A stretch of DNA of 64,000 nt from Anaeromyxobacter sp. (GCA_049840735.1 JASGJN010000012.1:1-64000); one strand, 5' to 3'. Shown: positions 41,403 through 54,350, numbered from the stretch's first letter. Notes: a model not told the origin generated them from the sequence alone. Translations and numbers: made by a program.

Positions 41403-42977
41403 TCAGTGCCGGAAGTGGCGCATCCCGGTGGCCACCATGGCGATCCCGGCGGCGTCGGCGGCGGCGATGGTCTCGGCGTCGCGCACCGAACCGCCCGGCT
41501 GGATGATGGCGGTGGCGCCGGCTGCGGCGATGGCGTCCACGCCGTCGCGGAACGGGAAGAAGGCGTCGGACCCGACGGACGAGCCCTTCACCTCGAGCTG
41601 CGCCTTCATCACGGCGGTCTTCACCGACTCGACGCGGCTGGTCTGGCCGCCGCCGATGGCGGTGGTGCGGTCGTCCTTCGCGAAGACGATGGCGTTGGAC
41701 TTGACGTGCTTCACGACCTTCCAGGCGAAGAGGAGGTCGCGCCACTCCTGCTCGGTGGGCGCACGCTTCGTCATCACCTTGCAGTCCTCGCGGCGCACGG
41801 CGCCGAGGTCGCGGTCCATCACCAGCAGGCCGCCGGTGATGGACCGCAACTCGCGGGCCTCCTCCGGCCGGCGGGTCCAGCTGCTGCGCGGCTGGGCCAG
41901 GCGCGGCGCCTCCAGCAGCCGCAGCCCCTTCTTCGCGGCCAGCAGCGCACGCGCGGCGCCGTCGTAGGCCGGGGCGATCACGCACTCCAGGAAGAGGTCG
42001 GTCAGCTCCTTCGCGGCGGCCTCGTCCACCGGCCGGTTCAGGGCCACGATGCCGCCGAAGGCGGAGACGGGATCGCAGGCGCGGGCGCGGGCGAAGGCCT
42101 CGGCCGGCGTCGCGGCCACGGCCACGCCGCAGGGCGTGTTGTGCTTGATGACCACGCAGGCGACGTCGTCGAACTCCTTCACGCCGGCCAGGGCGGCCTC
42201 GAGGTCGAGCAGGTTGTTGTAGCTGAGCTCCTTGCCCTGGAGCACCTGCGCGAAGGCCACCGTGGGCTCCTGCGGCTCGCGGCCGGCCCGGTAGAACGCG
42301 CCCGCCTGGTGCGGGTTCTCGCCGTACCGGAGGTCCTGCGCCTTGGTGTAGACCGCGCCCAGCGTGGCCGGGAAGCGCGCCGGCTCGGCGTCAGGCGCGG
42401 CCCGGGCCGTCAGGTACTCGCTGATGGCGGCGTCGTAGGCCGCGGTGTGCGCGAACGCCTTCTGCATCAGGCGGAACCGGGTGGCCTCGGAGAGCGCGCC
42501 GGTGGCCTCGAGCTCGCCGGCCACCACCTCGTAGTCGGCCGGGTCCACCACCACGCCCACGTGGGCGGCGTTCTTGGCGGCGCTGCGGACCATGGTCGGC
42601 CCGCCGATGTCGATCTCCTCCACGCACTCGGCGAACGGCCTGCCGGCGGCCACCGCCTCGCGGAAGGGGTAGAGGTTCACCACCACCAGGTCGATGGGCG
42701 GGATGTCCCGGGCCTTCACGTCAGCCTCGTCCTGCGCCAGCCCGCGCCGGTAGAGGATTCCGCCGTGGACGCGGGGGTGGAGCGTCTTGACGCGGCCGCC
42801 CAGGATCTCCGGGGCGGCGGTGTAGTCGCCCACCCCGGTCACCGGCACGCCGGCGTCCGCCAGCGTGCGCTGCGTACCGCCGGTGGAGAGGAGCTCGACG
42901 CCGCGGGCGGCGAGACGCTTGGCAAACGGGACGAGGCCGGTCTTGTCGGAGACGGAGACGAGGGCGCGGCGGACCAT
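41403..42977 (-). CDS. purH: Bifunctional AICAR transformylase / IMP cyclohydrolase
   Basis: [60 protein letters not shown]. Confidence 0.97.
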   Translation of the reverse strand: MVRRALVSVSDKTGLVPFAKRLAARGVELLSTGGTQRTLADAGVPVTGVGDYTAAPEILGGRVKTLHPRVHGGILYRRGLAQDEADVKARDIPPIDLVVVNLYPFREAVAAGRPFAECVEEIDIGGPTMVRSAAKNAAHVGVVVDPADYEVVAGELEATGALSEATRFRLMQKAFAHTAAYDAAISEYLTARAAPDAEPARFPATLGAVYTKAQDLRYGENPHQAGAFYRAGREPQEPTVAFAQVLQGKELSYNNLLDLEAALAGVKEFDDVACVVIKHNTPCGVAVAATPAEAFARARACDPVSAFGGIVALNRPVDEAAAKELTDLFLECVIAPAYDGAARALLAAKKGLRLLEAPRLAQPRSSWTRRPEEARELRSITGGLLVMDRDLGAVRREDCKVMTKRAPTEQEWRDLLFAWKVVKHVKSNAIVFAKDDRTTAIGGGQTSRVESVKTAVMKAQLEVKGSSVGSDAFFPFRDGVDAIAAAGATAIIQPGGSVRDAETIAAADAAGIAMVATGMRHFRH

Positions 42978-43126
42978 GTGGGCACCTCCGGGAAGGGGTG
43001 CCTTGTAGCCAACCGCGCGCACACATGCAACGGGCTGCGGGCCGCGCCCCGGGGGCGCGGCCTCAGGCCTCAGGGGGAAGGGACGGGCGGGGCCCTGGGC
43101 CTGGCCGGTACCGACGCCCGGCCCGG

Positions 43127-43645
<519 letters not shown>

Positions 43646-43725
43646 CGCCGTCCCCTTCCACACCGCGCCGCCCTGGCGCCACTCGCCCGCCATCCACGGA
43701 GCGCCCCGCCGGCGCCCCTGTCGCC

Positions 43726-44233
43726 CTACCCGGTGCCCGGCGACTGCAGCGCCGACACCGTGGCGACCGCTCCGCCCACCTTCTCCATCCGCCGGAGGGC
43801 CGCCCGCGCCTCGCGCTCGGCCCGCCCCAGCTCGTCCTCGAACTGCCTGCGGCGCGGGTGCTCCCGCGCCTTCCGGGCCAGCTCGCCCAGCAGCTCCTGG
43901 AGCCCCTTCTCGACGTCCTCCAGCCGGTTGCGCACCGTGACGAAGCTGCCCCGGATGTCCTCGACCGTGTAGCCCTCCGCCATCATCCGCTTGATGAGCG
44001 CGATCCGCCGGACCACCGAGACCGGGTAGAGCCCGCTCGATCCGGTGTGCTTGCCCTTCCGCCCGACGCGCCGGCTGCGGGGCAGGAGCCCCATCTGCAC
44101 GTACTTCCGGAACGTCGCGGCCGAGAGGCGCGCGCCCTTCGACTCGAACAGCGCCACGACCTCGCCGCTCGAGATCCCCGCCGGGTGTTCCCGCTCGACG
44201 CGGGCGATCTCCATCCGTGCGAAGGAAATCCAT
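43726..44233 (-). CDS. MerR-like HTH regulator; start probably 44233 with an indel near 44210
   Basis: [35 protein letters not shown]...[15 protein letters not shown]. Confidence 0.7.
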
Positions 44234-44374
44234 TGAGAAGATTCGCCTCAAGGTCCGATTCCGAAAACTTGATTTCGACGGTAATCCATTGAATGGCGAA
44301 GGTCAACGCGGAACGGGGGAGACGCGCTGGCGCAGCGCGGTCAGGTGGGGCGAGGGGGACCGGGCGAGGGGGAA

Positions 44375-44480
44375 CCGGAGCCGGAGCCGGAACCGGAAGC
44401 GGACGCCGTAGCCGTACGCCGTAGCCGTAGCCGTAGCCGTAGCCGGGACCGGAGCCGGAGCCCGAACCGGAGCCGGAACC
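44375..44480. repeat. Degenerate hexamer repeat (CCGGAG / CCGTAG / CCGGAA)n
   Basis: Read directly, intergenic. Confidence 0.75.
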
Positions 44481-44506
44481 TCAGCAACTCAAGGCTGTTG
44501 GATGGC

Positions 44507-46060
44507 TCAGCGCTGCGTCAGCGGCGCGTTCCAGGTGGTCCGCGCGCCAGCCGCGATCTCCACCAGGGCCTCGCGGGTCCCGTAGCTGGGGTGCGTGGCC
44601 CGGACCCGGTGGCGGCCCGGGGGCAGGGCCAGCGTCACCGGCGTCTCGCCGATCACGCGCCCGCCGACGCTGACCACCGCCCAGGGCGTGGCGATGACGT
44701 GCAGCTCGCCCGTCCGTGCGGCGGCAGCGCCGGCGGCGGCCGGGATCGGCGGGACGCCCGGGGCGCGCGCGTCGGGGGAGACCTGCTCCGCCCCTGCGGC
44801 CAGCGCGGCGGCGATCTCGCCGGAGCGGGCCGGCGCGTCCTCCGGGGCGGCGTGGGTGGGAGGAGGAGCCACCGGCGGCGTCGCGGCCGCCGGCGGAGCG
44901 GCCTGGGCCGATGCGCCCGGCGGCACCGCCTCCACGGCCGCCCTGGGGCGCGCCCGCCCCCACAGCCCGGCCAGCAGCGCGCAGGCCGCCAGCGCCGCCG
45001 CGGCTGCGGCCAGGGCGCGGCGCGGCCGGCGCGCGCGCGGGATCGGGGCGGCGGTCCGGGTGGCGGAGGTGGGCTCCTGCGGCGGCGGCGTGGGCGCCGG
45101 GGGCGGCGGGCGCACCTTCGTCGGCTCGCGCGGGCCGCTCCCGGCGGTGCCCTCCGGCCAGAGCCGGTGCATGAAGGCGCGCAGGTCCCAGTCGGCGGGC
45201 GAGCCGGCCAGGCGGAGCAGCGCGGCGCCCAGGGCGCCTGCCAGCGCCTCCGAGGTGGGACGGCGCGCCGGATCGCGCTCCAGCGCCCCCAGCACCACCT
45301 CGTCCAGCTCCGCCGGCACCGACTCGTTCCAGGCCGACGGCGGCGAGGGAGGCGGCCCGTCGAGCAGCGCGGTCAGCGTGGCCGCGTCGGTCTCGCGGGC
45401 GAAGAGCCGGCGGCCGGCGCACAGCTCCCAGAGGATCACGCCCAGCGCGAAGACGTCGGCGCGCCCGTCGAGCGGCTCGCCCCGGGCCTGCTCCGGCGCC
45501 ATGTAGGCCACCTTGCCCTTGACGGTGCCCGGGGCCGTGAGGCCGGCGCCGCCCATGGCGCGGGCGATGCCGAAGTCGGCCAGCTTCACCTCGCCCTCGA
45601 ACGAGACCAGCACGTTGTGCGGGGAGACGTCGCGGTGGACCAGCCCCAGCGGCTGGCCGCCCTCCGCCAGCCGGTGCACGTAGGCCAGCGCGGTCGCCAC
45701 CTGCGCCGCCAGGTGGACGGCCCGGGCGACCCCCAGGCGCAGCCCCAGCGAGCGCGCGCGCTCCACCACCCGCGCCAGGTCCCGCCCCTGCACCAGCTCC
45801 ATGGCGAGCGAGTAGCGGCCGTCGATCTGGTCCAGCTCGAACACCTGGACCACGTTGGCGTGGGAGAGGCGGCAGGCCAGCCGCGCCTCCTCCACGAACA
45901 TCCGCGAGAAGTCGCTGTCCGCCTCGTGCTCCCCGCGCACCAGCTTGAGCGCGACCTCCTTCACCACCCCGGCCGCGCCGGTCACCTCGGCGCGCCACAC
46001 GTCGGCCATCCCGCCCGAGGCGAGGGGCTCGAGCAGCCGGTACCTGCCGAACGTGCGCAC
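44507..46060 (-). CDS. Membrane Ser/Thr protein kinase with C-terminal PEGA-like domain
   Basis: LASGGMADV, VALK, VHRDVSPHN, VKLADFGIAR, YMAPEQ, TM helix, IGETPVTLALPPGRHRV. Confidence 0.92.
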   Translation of the reverse strand: MRTFGRYRLLEPLASGGMADVWRAEVTGAAGVVKEVALKLVRGEHEADSDFSRMFVEEARLACRLSHANVVQVFELDQIDGRYSLAMELVQGRDLARVVERARSLGLRLGVARAVHLAAQVATALAYVHRLAEGGQPLGLVHRDVSPHNVLVSFEGEVKLADFGIARAMGGAGLTAPGTVKGKVAYMAPEQARGEPLDGRADVFALGVILWELCAGRRLFARETDAATLTALLDGPPPSPPSAWNESVPAELDEVVLGALERDPARRPTSEALAGALGAALLRLAGSPADWDLRAFMHRLWPEGTAGSGPREPTKVRPPPPAPTPPPQEPTSATRTAAPIPRARRPRRALAAAAAALAACALLAGLWGRARPRAAVEAVPPGASAQAAPPAAATPPVAPPPTHAAPEDAPARSGEIAAALAAGAEQVSPDARAPGVPPIPAAAGAAAARTGELHVIATPWAVVSVGGRVIGETPVTLALPPGRHRVRATHPSYGTREALVEIAAGARTTWNAPLTQR

Positions 46061-46192
46061 GATCCGGGGATTGTAGCCGACGTGTGCGGACCGTGAAGTT
46101 CACGCTGCGGAAGGATGGGGCCCCGACGTGCGACGGGGGGCGCGGCCTGGCTGGCCACGCCCCCCGGGGTTCCAGCGGACCTGCGACGAATG

Positions 46193-48023
46193 CTACCGGC
46201 CGGCGCGGACCACCGCCCGCGCCGCGGTGCGGCGGCGGCGCAGCACCAGCAGGACCGGCACCGCCAGCAGCGCCGCCAGGCCGGCGCCGCCGGTCGAGGC
46301 GCAGCCGCCGCCCGCGGAGGGCTGGCCGGAGGCCCCGGGGCCGGCGCCCACGGTCGGCGCCGACTTGCCCAGCTTCTGCAGCAGCCGGGTGGCCAGCTTC
46401 TCGCGGGCCGCCATCAGCGTGGCGGCGTCCACGTCGGTGGACCAGTTCTGCGGGAAGAGCTCGCGGGCGATCTCCCGGGCGCCCTCGCGGTCGCCCGCGT
46501 CCGCCAGCAGCTTCAGGTACTCGTAGTCCTCCATGCCCTCGCGGATCATCTTCAGGCGGATTCGAGGCGACCGGGATGTCGGTCTTGCCGCCGATGCGCG
46601 CCGGGGTGCCCGGGTAGAAGAGCGTCCCGTCGCCGTTGCCGGAGAAGTCCCACTGGTTGGACCAGGCGTCGTGGGAGAAGGCGTAGCCGGTCTCCCAGTA
46701 CAGCTCGCCGGTCGCGTCCGACAGGAAGGAGAGCCACTCCATGGCGCGGTTGCGGGAGGCGGAGGCGTCGATCATGTAGCTGGGCCAGCCCTCGAAGTAG
46801 CGGTCGCTGTCGGACGGGTTGCCCATGTCCACCGTCCCGCCGCAGCCGTGGCTCATGCAGCTCTGGTAGAGCCACAGCTCCTTGGTCTTCCCGGACTCCA
46901 GGAAGGCGTCGTAGCGCGGGCGCTGGTCGCCGGCGACGGCGCTGCCCGGCTTGTCGTCGGTCCAGTTGATGACCGGCACCATGATGTCGATGTCGTCGGC
47001 CGCGCCGTGGTCCTCGGCGTCCCAGATCTGCGTGGTCACCAGCGTGCGGAACTCGCTGTCGGCGTCGTGGGCGGCCTTGGCGCGCGTCGGGATGTCGCTC
47101 CAGGCGCAGGTGAGGGGCGGCTCGTCGCAGGTGTAGTCGAAGAGCCGGTCGAACCAGCCCTGGCCGCGGGCATGCTCCGCCCACTGCTTGTGCTCCTCCA
47201 CGCTGGTGCGGCTGCCCACGTACTTCACCGCGGTCAGCTTCGCGCCCGGCAGGCGGGTCGGGGCGGTGCCGTCCACCAGCGCGCCGAAGTACTGCTCGAA
47301 GTGGTCCATGCCCCGGATGCCGTCGTCGTTCATGCCGGTGATGGTGACGCGGTGGTCGAGGCCGAGCTGCGCGTACTGCGCGCGGAGCACCGAGCCGCCG
47401 TCGCCGGCCAGCGAGCCGTGGCCTGAGGGCACCGCGCCGTAGGACATGCCGAAGCTGGAGCGCAGGGAGGCGGTCGAGGGGAGCGCGAAGTCCCAGACCA
47501 GCAGCGTCACCGGCACGGTGGCCTCGCCCTCCGCGGAGCGGACCGTCACGCTGCCGGCGTAGGTGCCGGGGGCGGCGTCGGGCGGGACGCGGACGTCCAC
47601 CCAGATGGCGCGGCTCTCGCCGGCCTTCACGTCGAAGGGGAAGGCGTTGCGCTGCTCGCCCACGACGTCGTCCACGTCGGGGACCAGCGCGTCCGGCCAC
47701 GGGCCGGTGCCGCCGTCCACCGCGGACGGCTGGCGCAGCTGGATGAGCTCCTCGCGGTAGAGCTTCACGTCGTCGATCTTGCCGGGGCCGGTCAGGGCGG
47801 TGACGCTGGCGGACACCTTCGTGGCCGGGCCGGTGACCACCACCTGGAACGACTCGAACTCGTTCCGCGCGGCGGAGATGCGGGCCTCGGTGACGTCGGC
47901 CGGCCTGGCGTCGGGCCGGATCTTCTCGGTCGCGGGCGCGACCCAGACGTCGCCCGCGTGGGCGGCGGTGGGGGCGAGCGCCAGGATCGCGAGGGCGGCG
48001 GCGAGCGCATGGTGGAGGTTCAT
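46193..48023 (-). CDS. Secreted DUF4091 / glycoside-hydrolase-like protein with MYXO-CTERM-type tail, frameshift at about 46561
   Basis: AARNEFESFQ, YTCDEP, GELYW, NGDGTLFYPG, RLKMIREGMEDYEYL; tail GGGCASTGGAGLAALLAVPVLLVLRRRR. Confidence 0.8.
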
Positions 48024-48401
48024 CGGTCGGCTCCTTTCCGGGTTGGGTGCAGCGCCCGGACAACGGGAGGCCTACCGACCGAATTTCTCTCCCCCTGGTG
48101 AGGAGACGTGCGTGGAAGAGGGTGCAGCGAGGGCGCGCGCGGGGCGCGTCCGACGTGAGGGGCCGCGCGCCGCGTGCGCCCCCACGGGGCGGCACACGCA
48201 GCTCGCTCGGCTGATTCTTTTGCTGGGGCCCAGCGGCGCGGGCTGCAGCCCGGCTTCTCCTGCGGCGCGGCGGGCAGGGGCCGGCCCGGCGCGCCCGTCA
48301 ACGGGCGCCGCTCAGGCCGTGGACATTTGGGGGCGCAAGCGGGTGATCACCTCGGCGCGGCCGCCGGGGCCCGCGCCGCGCTCACCCGCCTCGAGCTTCG
48401 C

Positions 48402-48980
48402 TCACTCGCCGAGCGGACCGATCACGCTGGCCGGGAGCGGCGGCGGCCGCTGGCCCGAGCGCACCGCGGGCAGCGGCGGCGGGCGCGCCGGCGGCGGCAG
48501 CAGGGGGCGCGACGAGGCGGGCTCGAGCCGGGCGTGGACGGGCGCGATCACCGCCGGTCCGCGCTCCAGCAGGTCGATGCGCAGGCGGACGCGCTCCAGC
48601 CGGTCCAGCGCCGCCGCCAGCGCCTCGTCCAGCCACTCGTCGGCCGCGCGCCGCTCGTCGGCCGAGACGATGCGCCCGCCGCGCCGGAGCGCGTCCCACA
48701 GCGCCCGGTGGAGCAGCTTGAACTCGCGCGCCACCCGCGCCGGCTGGGCGCTGGACCGGACCAGCACCGTGCAGCGCGAGAGCGCGTCGCCGGTCCGCGC
48801 CCGCAGCGCGGGCGCGTCGCCGCGCAGGGCCAGCGCCAGCTCGCGCAGCAGGGGGCCGGCCGCGAAGCCGATGGCAGGCTCGCCGCCCAGCTCCGCCTCC
48901 ACCAGCCGCTTCCACGTCTCCTGGATCTCCGCCCGATGCTCCTCGACCAGGAGCCCCACCGCCACAGCGCCCACCCTCAC
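48402..48980 (-). CDS. Hypothetical helical protein, start approximate
   Basis: LLVEEHRAEIQETWKRLVE...VAREFKLLHRALWDAL; strong GC3 bias in this frame. Confidence 0.55.
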   Translation of the reverse strand: MRVGAVAVGLLVEEHRAEIQETWKRLVEAELGGEPAIGFAAGPLLRELALALRGDAPALRARTGDALSRCTVLVRSSAQPARVAREFKLLHRALWDALRRGGRIVSADERRAADEWLDEALAAALDRLERVRLRIDLLERGPAVIAPVHARLEPASSRPLLPPPARPPPLPAVRSGQRPPPLPASVIGPLGE

Positions 48981-49247
48981 CTCCCCGCGGGATCCCCGCA
49001 CCGTGGGCGTCGGGAGAGCAAGGCGCCTGCCACGGGCCCGCGGGGCGCGCGGGAGGACCTGTACGGCGGCCGCCGGCGGCAACGGTGAAAGGGCTTGCCC
49101 AGGCAGTGGCGCGGGGGACCCCGGCGCGGCCTGCGCGCGGGCCGCCCCGGCGCGGGAGGCGTCCGTCCGGGCACGCGCCGCGCGGCGGGCTTGCGCGCAG
49201 CGTGTGGGCGGGCGTGCAGCGCGCGGGCGGCGCGGGAGCGGGCGGGC

Positions 49248-51351
49248 GTGGGATCGATCACCTACTACGGGTTCCTGGCGCGGCACGTGCCCGCGCGGCG
49301 CATCCTGGCCACCGCCGCGCGGAAGGCGGTGCGCGGCGCCTGGAACCGGCTGGTGCCCCCGCTGGCGCCCGACGCGGCGGGGCTGCTCGCCACGCTGGGC
49401 TGCGACGGCGCGGACGACCTCGCGGCCCTGCTGGCGCGGCCTCGGCCGGGCCGCCCGCCCTGGACGCCCTCCGCCCTGGCGCGAGCGCTGGACCGCCACC
49501 TCCCCGGCGAGCGGGAGCGGGCGCTGGGGCGGGCCCAGGCCGCGGCGGCGGGGCGGTTCCAGCTCTGCGGACGCTGGGTGGACGTGCGCCGGCCGGACGG
49601 CGGGCTCGACTGGCAGCGGGACGCCGTGAACGGCGGCCGCTTCGCCGGGCACGCCCCCTCGGCGAGCCTGCCGCCCGCCCCCGGGCTCGACCCCAAGATG
49701 GCCTGGGCGCTGGGGCGCGGGGAGCACTGGGTGGCGCTGGCCGCCGGCGCGGCGGCGGACCCGGGCGGCGGCGCTGCGCTCGCGGAGGCGCTCTCCGCCT
49801 CGGTGCGCGACTTCGTGGCGGTGAACCCGGTCGGCCAGGGGATCCACTGGACCTGCGCCATGGAGGCGGCGCTGCGCGCCTGGAACCTGGTCCAGGCGCT
49901 CTGGCTGCTGGCCATCCGCCGCCCTCCGGATGCGCCGCTGGCGATGGCCGCGGCGCGCCTGCTGGTGACCACCGGCCGGTTCGTGACCTCGCACCTGGAG
50001 GACGACACCGCCGTCCCCAACAACCACCTGACCACCGACTGGCTGGGGCTCCTGGCCTGCGCGGAGGGGCTGCCGGAGTGGCCGGAGGCGCCCCGCTGGC
50101 GCGCGCAGGCGCTCTCCGGGCTGCGGGCCGCGGCGGTGGCGCAGGTGCTGCCGGACGGGATGAGCTTCGAAGGCTCGGTCCCGTACCACCGCTTCTCGCT
50201 CGAGCTGTTCACCGCCGCGGCGCTGCTGGCGCACGCGGCGCGGCGCGGGCTGGGGCACGCCTACGCCCTGCGCCTGCACCGCATGTTCCGCGCCTCGCGG
50301 GCCCTCACCGCCGCCTCCGGGGACCTGCCGCAGCTGGGCGACAACGACGCCGGCCACGCGCTCACGGTGTGCGATCGCGGCCCCACCGAGGCCGCCTACC
50401 TGCTGCCGCTGGGCGCCGCGCTCTTCCGGGACCCGGCGCTGCGGGTGGTGCGCGGCACGGCCGGGGCCGGCGAGGTGGCCTGGCTGCTGGGGCCGCGCGC
50501 CCTGGAGTGGCTGGCGCGCGCACCGGCCGGCCCCGCCCGGCGCAGCGCCGCGTTCCCGCACGGCGGTTATCACGTGCTGCGCCGCGGCCCGCTGGAGGCC
50601 TTCGTCTCCTGCGGGCCGGCCGGCCAGGCCGGGCTGGGCGGCCACAACCACAACGACCGGCTGGCGCTGGAGCTGCGCGTGGGCGGGACGCTGGCGGTCT
50701 GCGATCCCGGCATGCCGGTGTACGGACGCGATCCCGATGCAGCGGAACCGGTTCCGCGCCACGGCGGCGCACGCCACCGTGCGGCTGGACGGGATGGAGC
50801 AGGTGCCCTTCCCTCCCGGCCGGCTCTTCGCCCTGCCCGACGGGGCGCACGCCCGCCTGCTCGCCTTCACCACCGGGGCCGAGGCCGATCACCTGGCCGG
50901 CGAGCACCACGGCTACGGGGCGCGCGCCGGGGTCGTGCACCGCCGCGACCTGTGGGCCACCGCCTCGGGGCTGGTGGTCGTCGATCGCCTCCTCGGGTCG
51001 GGGACCCACCTCGTCGAGCTGCGCTGGCCGCTGGCCACCACGGCCGCCCAGCTGCGCCGGCTGGAGCCGGCGGAGCAGGCCGCCCTGGCGCGGCTGGCCG
51101 CGGCGGCGCGGCTCCGGCCGGCGCTGGACCGCGCGCGCGCGGTGGAGGTGCCGCTGGGCGGCCAGGGGCGGCTCCTGCTGGCCTTCGCCTGCCCGCCCGG
51201 CCTGGCGGCCACGGTGGCGCCGGTGCCGCGCTCGCCCGGCTACGGCCAGCTGGTGGAGGGCGCGGTGGTGGTCCTCTCCGGGCCGGTGCCCTGCCCGGCC
51301 ACGCTGATCACGCTCTTGCTGCACCTGAACCGAGGGAGCCCGCCCGCATGA
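49248..51351 (+). CDS. Heparinase II/III-family protein, frameshift at about 50735
   Basis: DPKMAWALGRGEHW, NPVGQGIHW, NNHL, EGSVPYHRF, GHNHNDRLALEL, DPG, RNRFRATAAHATV. Confidence 0.85.
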
Positions 51352-52691
51352 TCTCGACCGAAGCCGCCCCCCAAGCGTCGGGGCTCCTGGCCCGCCTGGC
51401 CGACCGCACCGCCCACGTGGGCGTGGTGGGCCTGGGCTACGTGGGGCTGCCGCTGGCCCTCACCTTCGCGCTCCGCGGCGGGCTCCGCGCGCTCGGCATC
51501 GACGTGGACCCGGCCAAGCCCTCGGCCATCCGCGCCGGGCAGAGCTACCTCGAGACGGTCGACGCGCGCGCCGTGGGCGACGCGGTCCGCGCCGGGCGGC
51601 TGGACGCCACCACCGACTTCGCGCTGGCCTCCGGCTGCGACGCGCTCATCATCTGCGTGCCCACGCCGCTCACCCGCGAGCGCGAGCCGGATCTCTCCTA
51701 CGTGATCCGCACCGGCGAGGCCCTCGGCCCGCGGCTCCGGGCCGGGCAGCTGGTGGTGCTCGAGTCCACCTCCTACCCCGGCACCACCGAGGAGGTGCTG
51801 CTGCCGGTCCTGGAGCGGACCAGCGGGCTGCGCGCCGGGCGCGACTTCCTGCTGGCCTTCTCGCCGGAGCGCGAGAACCCCGGCTCCGGCGTGGCGACGC
51901 ACACGGTGCCGAAGGTGGTGGGCGGCTGCACGCCGGCGTGCCTGGAGGCGGCGCTGGCGCTGTACCAGGCCGGCTTCGAGCGGGTGGTGCCCGTCTCCTC
52001 CACCCGCGTGGCCGAGATGACCAAGCTGCTCGAGAACGTGTTCCGCTCGGTGAACATCGCCCTGGTGAACGAGCTCAAGATGCTCTGCCACCGCATGGAC
52101 CTGGACGTGAACGAGGTGATCGACGCGGCCTCGACCAAGCCCTTCGGCTTCATGCCCTTCCAGCCCGGGCCCGGCCTGGGCGGACACTGCATCCCCATCG
52201 ACCCGTTCTACCTGACCTGGAAGGCGCGCCAGTACGAGTTCCAGACCCGGTTCATCGAGCTGGCCGGCGAGGTGAACACCGAGATGCCGCGCTACGTGGT
52301 GCAGCGGGCCATGGAGGCGCTCAACGCCCGCGGCCGCGCGCTGAACGGCGCGCGCGTGCTGGTGCTGGGCATCGCCTACAAGAAGGACGTGGACGACATG
52401 CGCGAGAGCCCGGCCGTCCGGCTGATCGAGCTGCTGCACGAGCGCGGCGCGCAGGTCGTCTACCACGACCCGCACGTGCCCCGGATCCCGCAGATGCGCC
52501 AGCACCGGCTGGACATGGTGAGCGTGCCGCTCACCGACGACGCGCTGGCCTCGGCCGACCTGGTGCTGATCGCCACCGACCACTCCTCGATCGACTACGC
52601 GCGGGTGGTGGAGAAGGCGGCGCTGGTGGTGGACACCCGCAACGCCTGCCGCGGCGTGCGGGTGGGCCGGGAGCGGATCGTCAAGGCCTGA
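51348..52691 (+). CDS. UDP-N-acetyl-hexosamine (nucleotide sugar) 6-dehydrogenase, WbpA/WecC family
   Basis: VGLGYVGLP, ICVPTP, LESTSYPGTT, FSPER, KLLENVFRSVNIALVNE, GPGLGGHCIPIDP, AYKKDVDDMRESP. Confidence 0.93.
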   Translation: MISTEAAPQASGLLARLADRTAHVGVVGLGYVGLPLALTFALRGGLRALGIDVDPAKPSAIRAGQSYLETVDARAVGDAVRAGRLDATTDFALASGCDALIICVPTPLTREREPDLSYVIRTGEALGPRLRAGQLVVLESTSYPGTTEEVLLPVLERTSGLRAGRDFLLAFSPERENPGSGVATHTVPKVVGGCTPACLEAALALYQAGFERVVPVSSTRVAEMTKLLENVFRSVNIALVNELKMLCHRMDLDVNEVIDAASTKPFGFMPFQPGPGLGGHCIPIDPFYLTWKARQYEFQTRFIELAGEVNTEMPRYVVQRAMEALNARGRALNGARVLVLGIAYKKDVDDMRESPAVRLIELLHERGAQVVYHDPHVPRIPQMRQHRLDMVSVPLTDDALASADLVLIATDHSSIDYARVVEKAALVVDTRNACRGVRVGRERIVKA

Positions 52692-52736
52692 GACGACGCC
52701 AGAGCGCCGCGCCGGCCGCCGTGCTAGGTACGGGGC

Positions 52737-53162
52737 GTGACCTCCCGGCTCGCCCTCTTCGCCCTCGCCCTCTGCGCGCTCCCTGCGCGCGCCGACGCGC
52801 CGGATGCGCGCGCCGCCACCCTGCAGGCCATGGAGGCCGAGCTGGGCCGCTCCATGGGCCGGCTCAGGCTGGAGGGGTACGACGCCCCCTACTTTGCCTC
52901 CTACCAGGTGGTGGAGACGACCCGGCACGAGCTGGGCGGCCGCTTCGGCGCGCTCTTCACGGACCGCACCCGGCGCAGCCGGACGCTCAGCGTGGACGTG
53001 CGGGTGGGGAGCTACGAGCTCGACTCCTCCGGTCCGGAGGAGAACGCCATCCTCCTGGGCGCCGACGGCCCGAGCTGGTCGGCGCCGCGCGAGGCCCCGC
53101 TGGACGGGGACGTGGCCGCGCTCCGCAACGCGCTCTGGCTGGTGACCGACGAGCAGTACAAG
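52737..53162 (+). pseudogene. TldD/PmbA-family secreted protein, N-terminal part, interrupted by the CRISPR/IS insert
   Basis: Signal peptide, AMEAELGRS...PYFASY...VRVGSYELDS...LRNALWLVTDEQYK, ending exactly where a degenerate CRISPR repeat begins. Confidence 0.8.
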
Positions 53163-53805
53163 CTTCAGGGGCCGCTCCCGAGACAAGCCCCCAGACCGGC
53201 CCACCCAGGGGGCCCTCGTAGGAGCAGAGCCGCGCACAGGCTTCAACGGGGCCGCTCCTCGTGAGGAGCGGAGAGTCCCACCGACGACCCCGTCCCGGGC
53301 TCGTTCGCTTCAACGGGGCCGCTCCTCGTGAGGAGCGGAGAGCCCCACGGCCGCGACCATGCCTTCGCCTCCGTGCGGCTTCAACGGGGCCGCTCCTCGT
53401 GAGGAGCGGAGAGGCCGACGCCAACACAAGACCGCTGAACGTCTCTTCAACGGGGCCGCTCCTCGTGAGGAGCGGAGAGGTCGAGGCCCGCCGCTCCCGT
53501 CGGGCTTCAACGGGGCCGCTCCTCGTGAGGAGCGGAGAGGCTGCAGCCAGATCCAGATGCGGCCGTCACAAGCTTCAACGGGGCCGCTCCTCGTGAGAAC
53601 AGGGGCCGCCCTCGTGAGGAGCGGAGAGCCGGGGATGAGGCCCACAACGAACGCGGCGCTTCACGGGGCCGCTCCTCGTGAGGAGCGGAGAGGGCGCTGA
53701 GAACACCGAGTCGCGAGGCGCAGCTTCAACGGGGCCGCTCCTCGTGAGGAGCGGAGAGCCTCCTGCGCGCGCCCGGCGACGTCTTGCTTCAACGGGGCCG
53801 CTCCT
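53162..53805 (-). CRISPR. CRISPR array segment 1, repeat GCTTCAACGGGGCCGCTCCTCGTGAGGAGCGGAGAG (36 bp, type I-G/I-U-like)
   Basis: Repeats start at 53240, 53307, 53378, 53444, 53504, 53572 (internally duplicated), 53658, 53723, 53786 (truncated); unique spacers 31, 35, 30, 24, 32, 29, 30, 27 nt; degenerate copies at 53162 and about 53207; strand inferred from the TTGAAGC 3' end. Confidence 0.92.
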
Positions 53806-53996
53806 GTGATCGGCCACACCGATCCGTGTGAAGTGCGGCCAGGAGATCGAGCGCCGGAAACTTCGTGAGCCTGCGGCGGGCAGGTACGACGGAGAGGTCA
53901 CGCGTCGAAAGGACGAAGGCCGGGAGCGGCAACTCCCAGCCTTCCGTGTCGAGCGAGGGCGCGTCGACGTACGCAGCCTCGCCCGAGACGAGCGCC

Positions 53997-54350
53997 ATGG
54001 CAAGAAGTCGGCGCGGGCAAGGGCGTGCCCGATCACCGGCTGGCTACATGCGCGCGCTGTCGCGCGTCGTTCTCGCTCTGTCGCGCGTGTGACCGAGGCC
54101 AGGTCTTCTGCGGGCCGGCGTGTCGGGCAGCGGCGCGCTCGAGGTGATCCGCGCGGCGCGGAGGCGTCATCGTCAGAGCGACGAGGGCAGGCTCGACCAC
54201 CGGGATCGGGAGCGTGCGCGGCGCGCTCGGCGGTCAGCCCGCGTGGGGATCTGGGTTCCGAGAAGTTGCCGTCGTCGCCGATGGTCCGCGCGGACGCTGG
54301 CGCGTGCGACTCCACGGTGGAGCCGGGCGTCGCCGCGCCCGAGGTTCATC
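53997..54350 (+). pseudogene. Cys-rich putative Zn-finger accessory ORF, frameshifted; bounds approximate
   Basis: Hand translation TCARCRASFSLCRACDRGQVFCGPAC followed after an indel by RRRHRQSDEGRLDHRDRERARRARR. Confidence 0.55.

Noticed and set aside
49095..52691. 1198-aa heparinase-dehydrogenase fusion in the ORF track
   Set aside because: Caused by the indel at about 50735; the corrected heparinase ends at 51351, overlapping the dehydrogenase ATG at 51348
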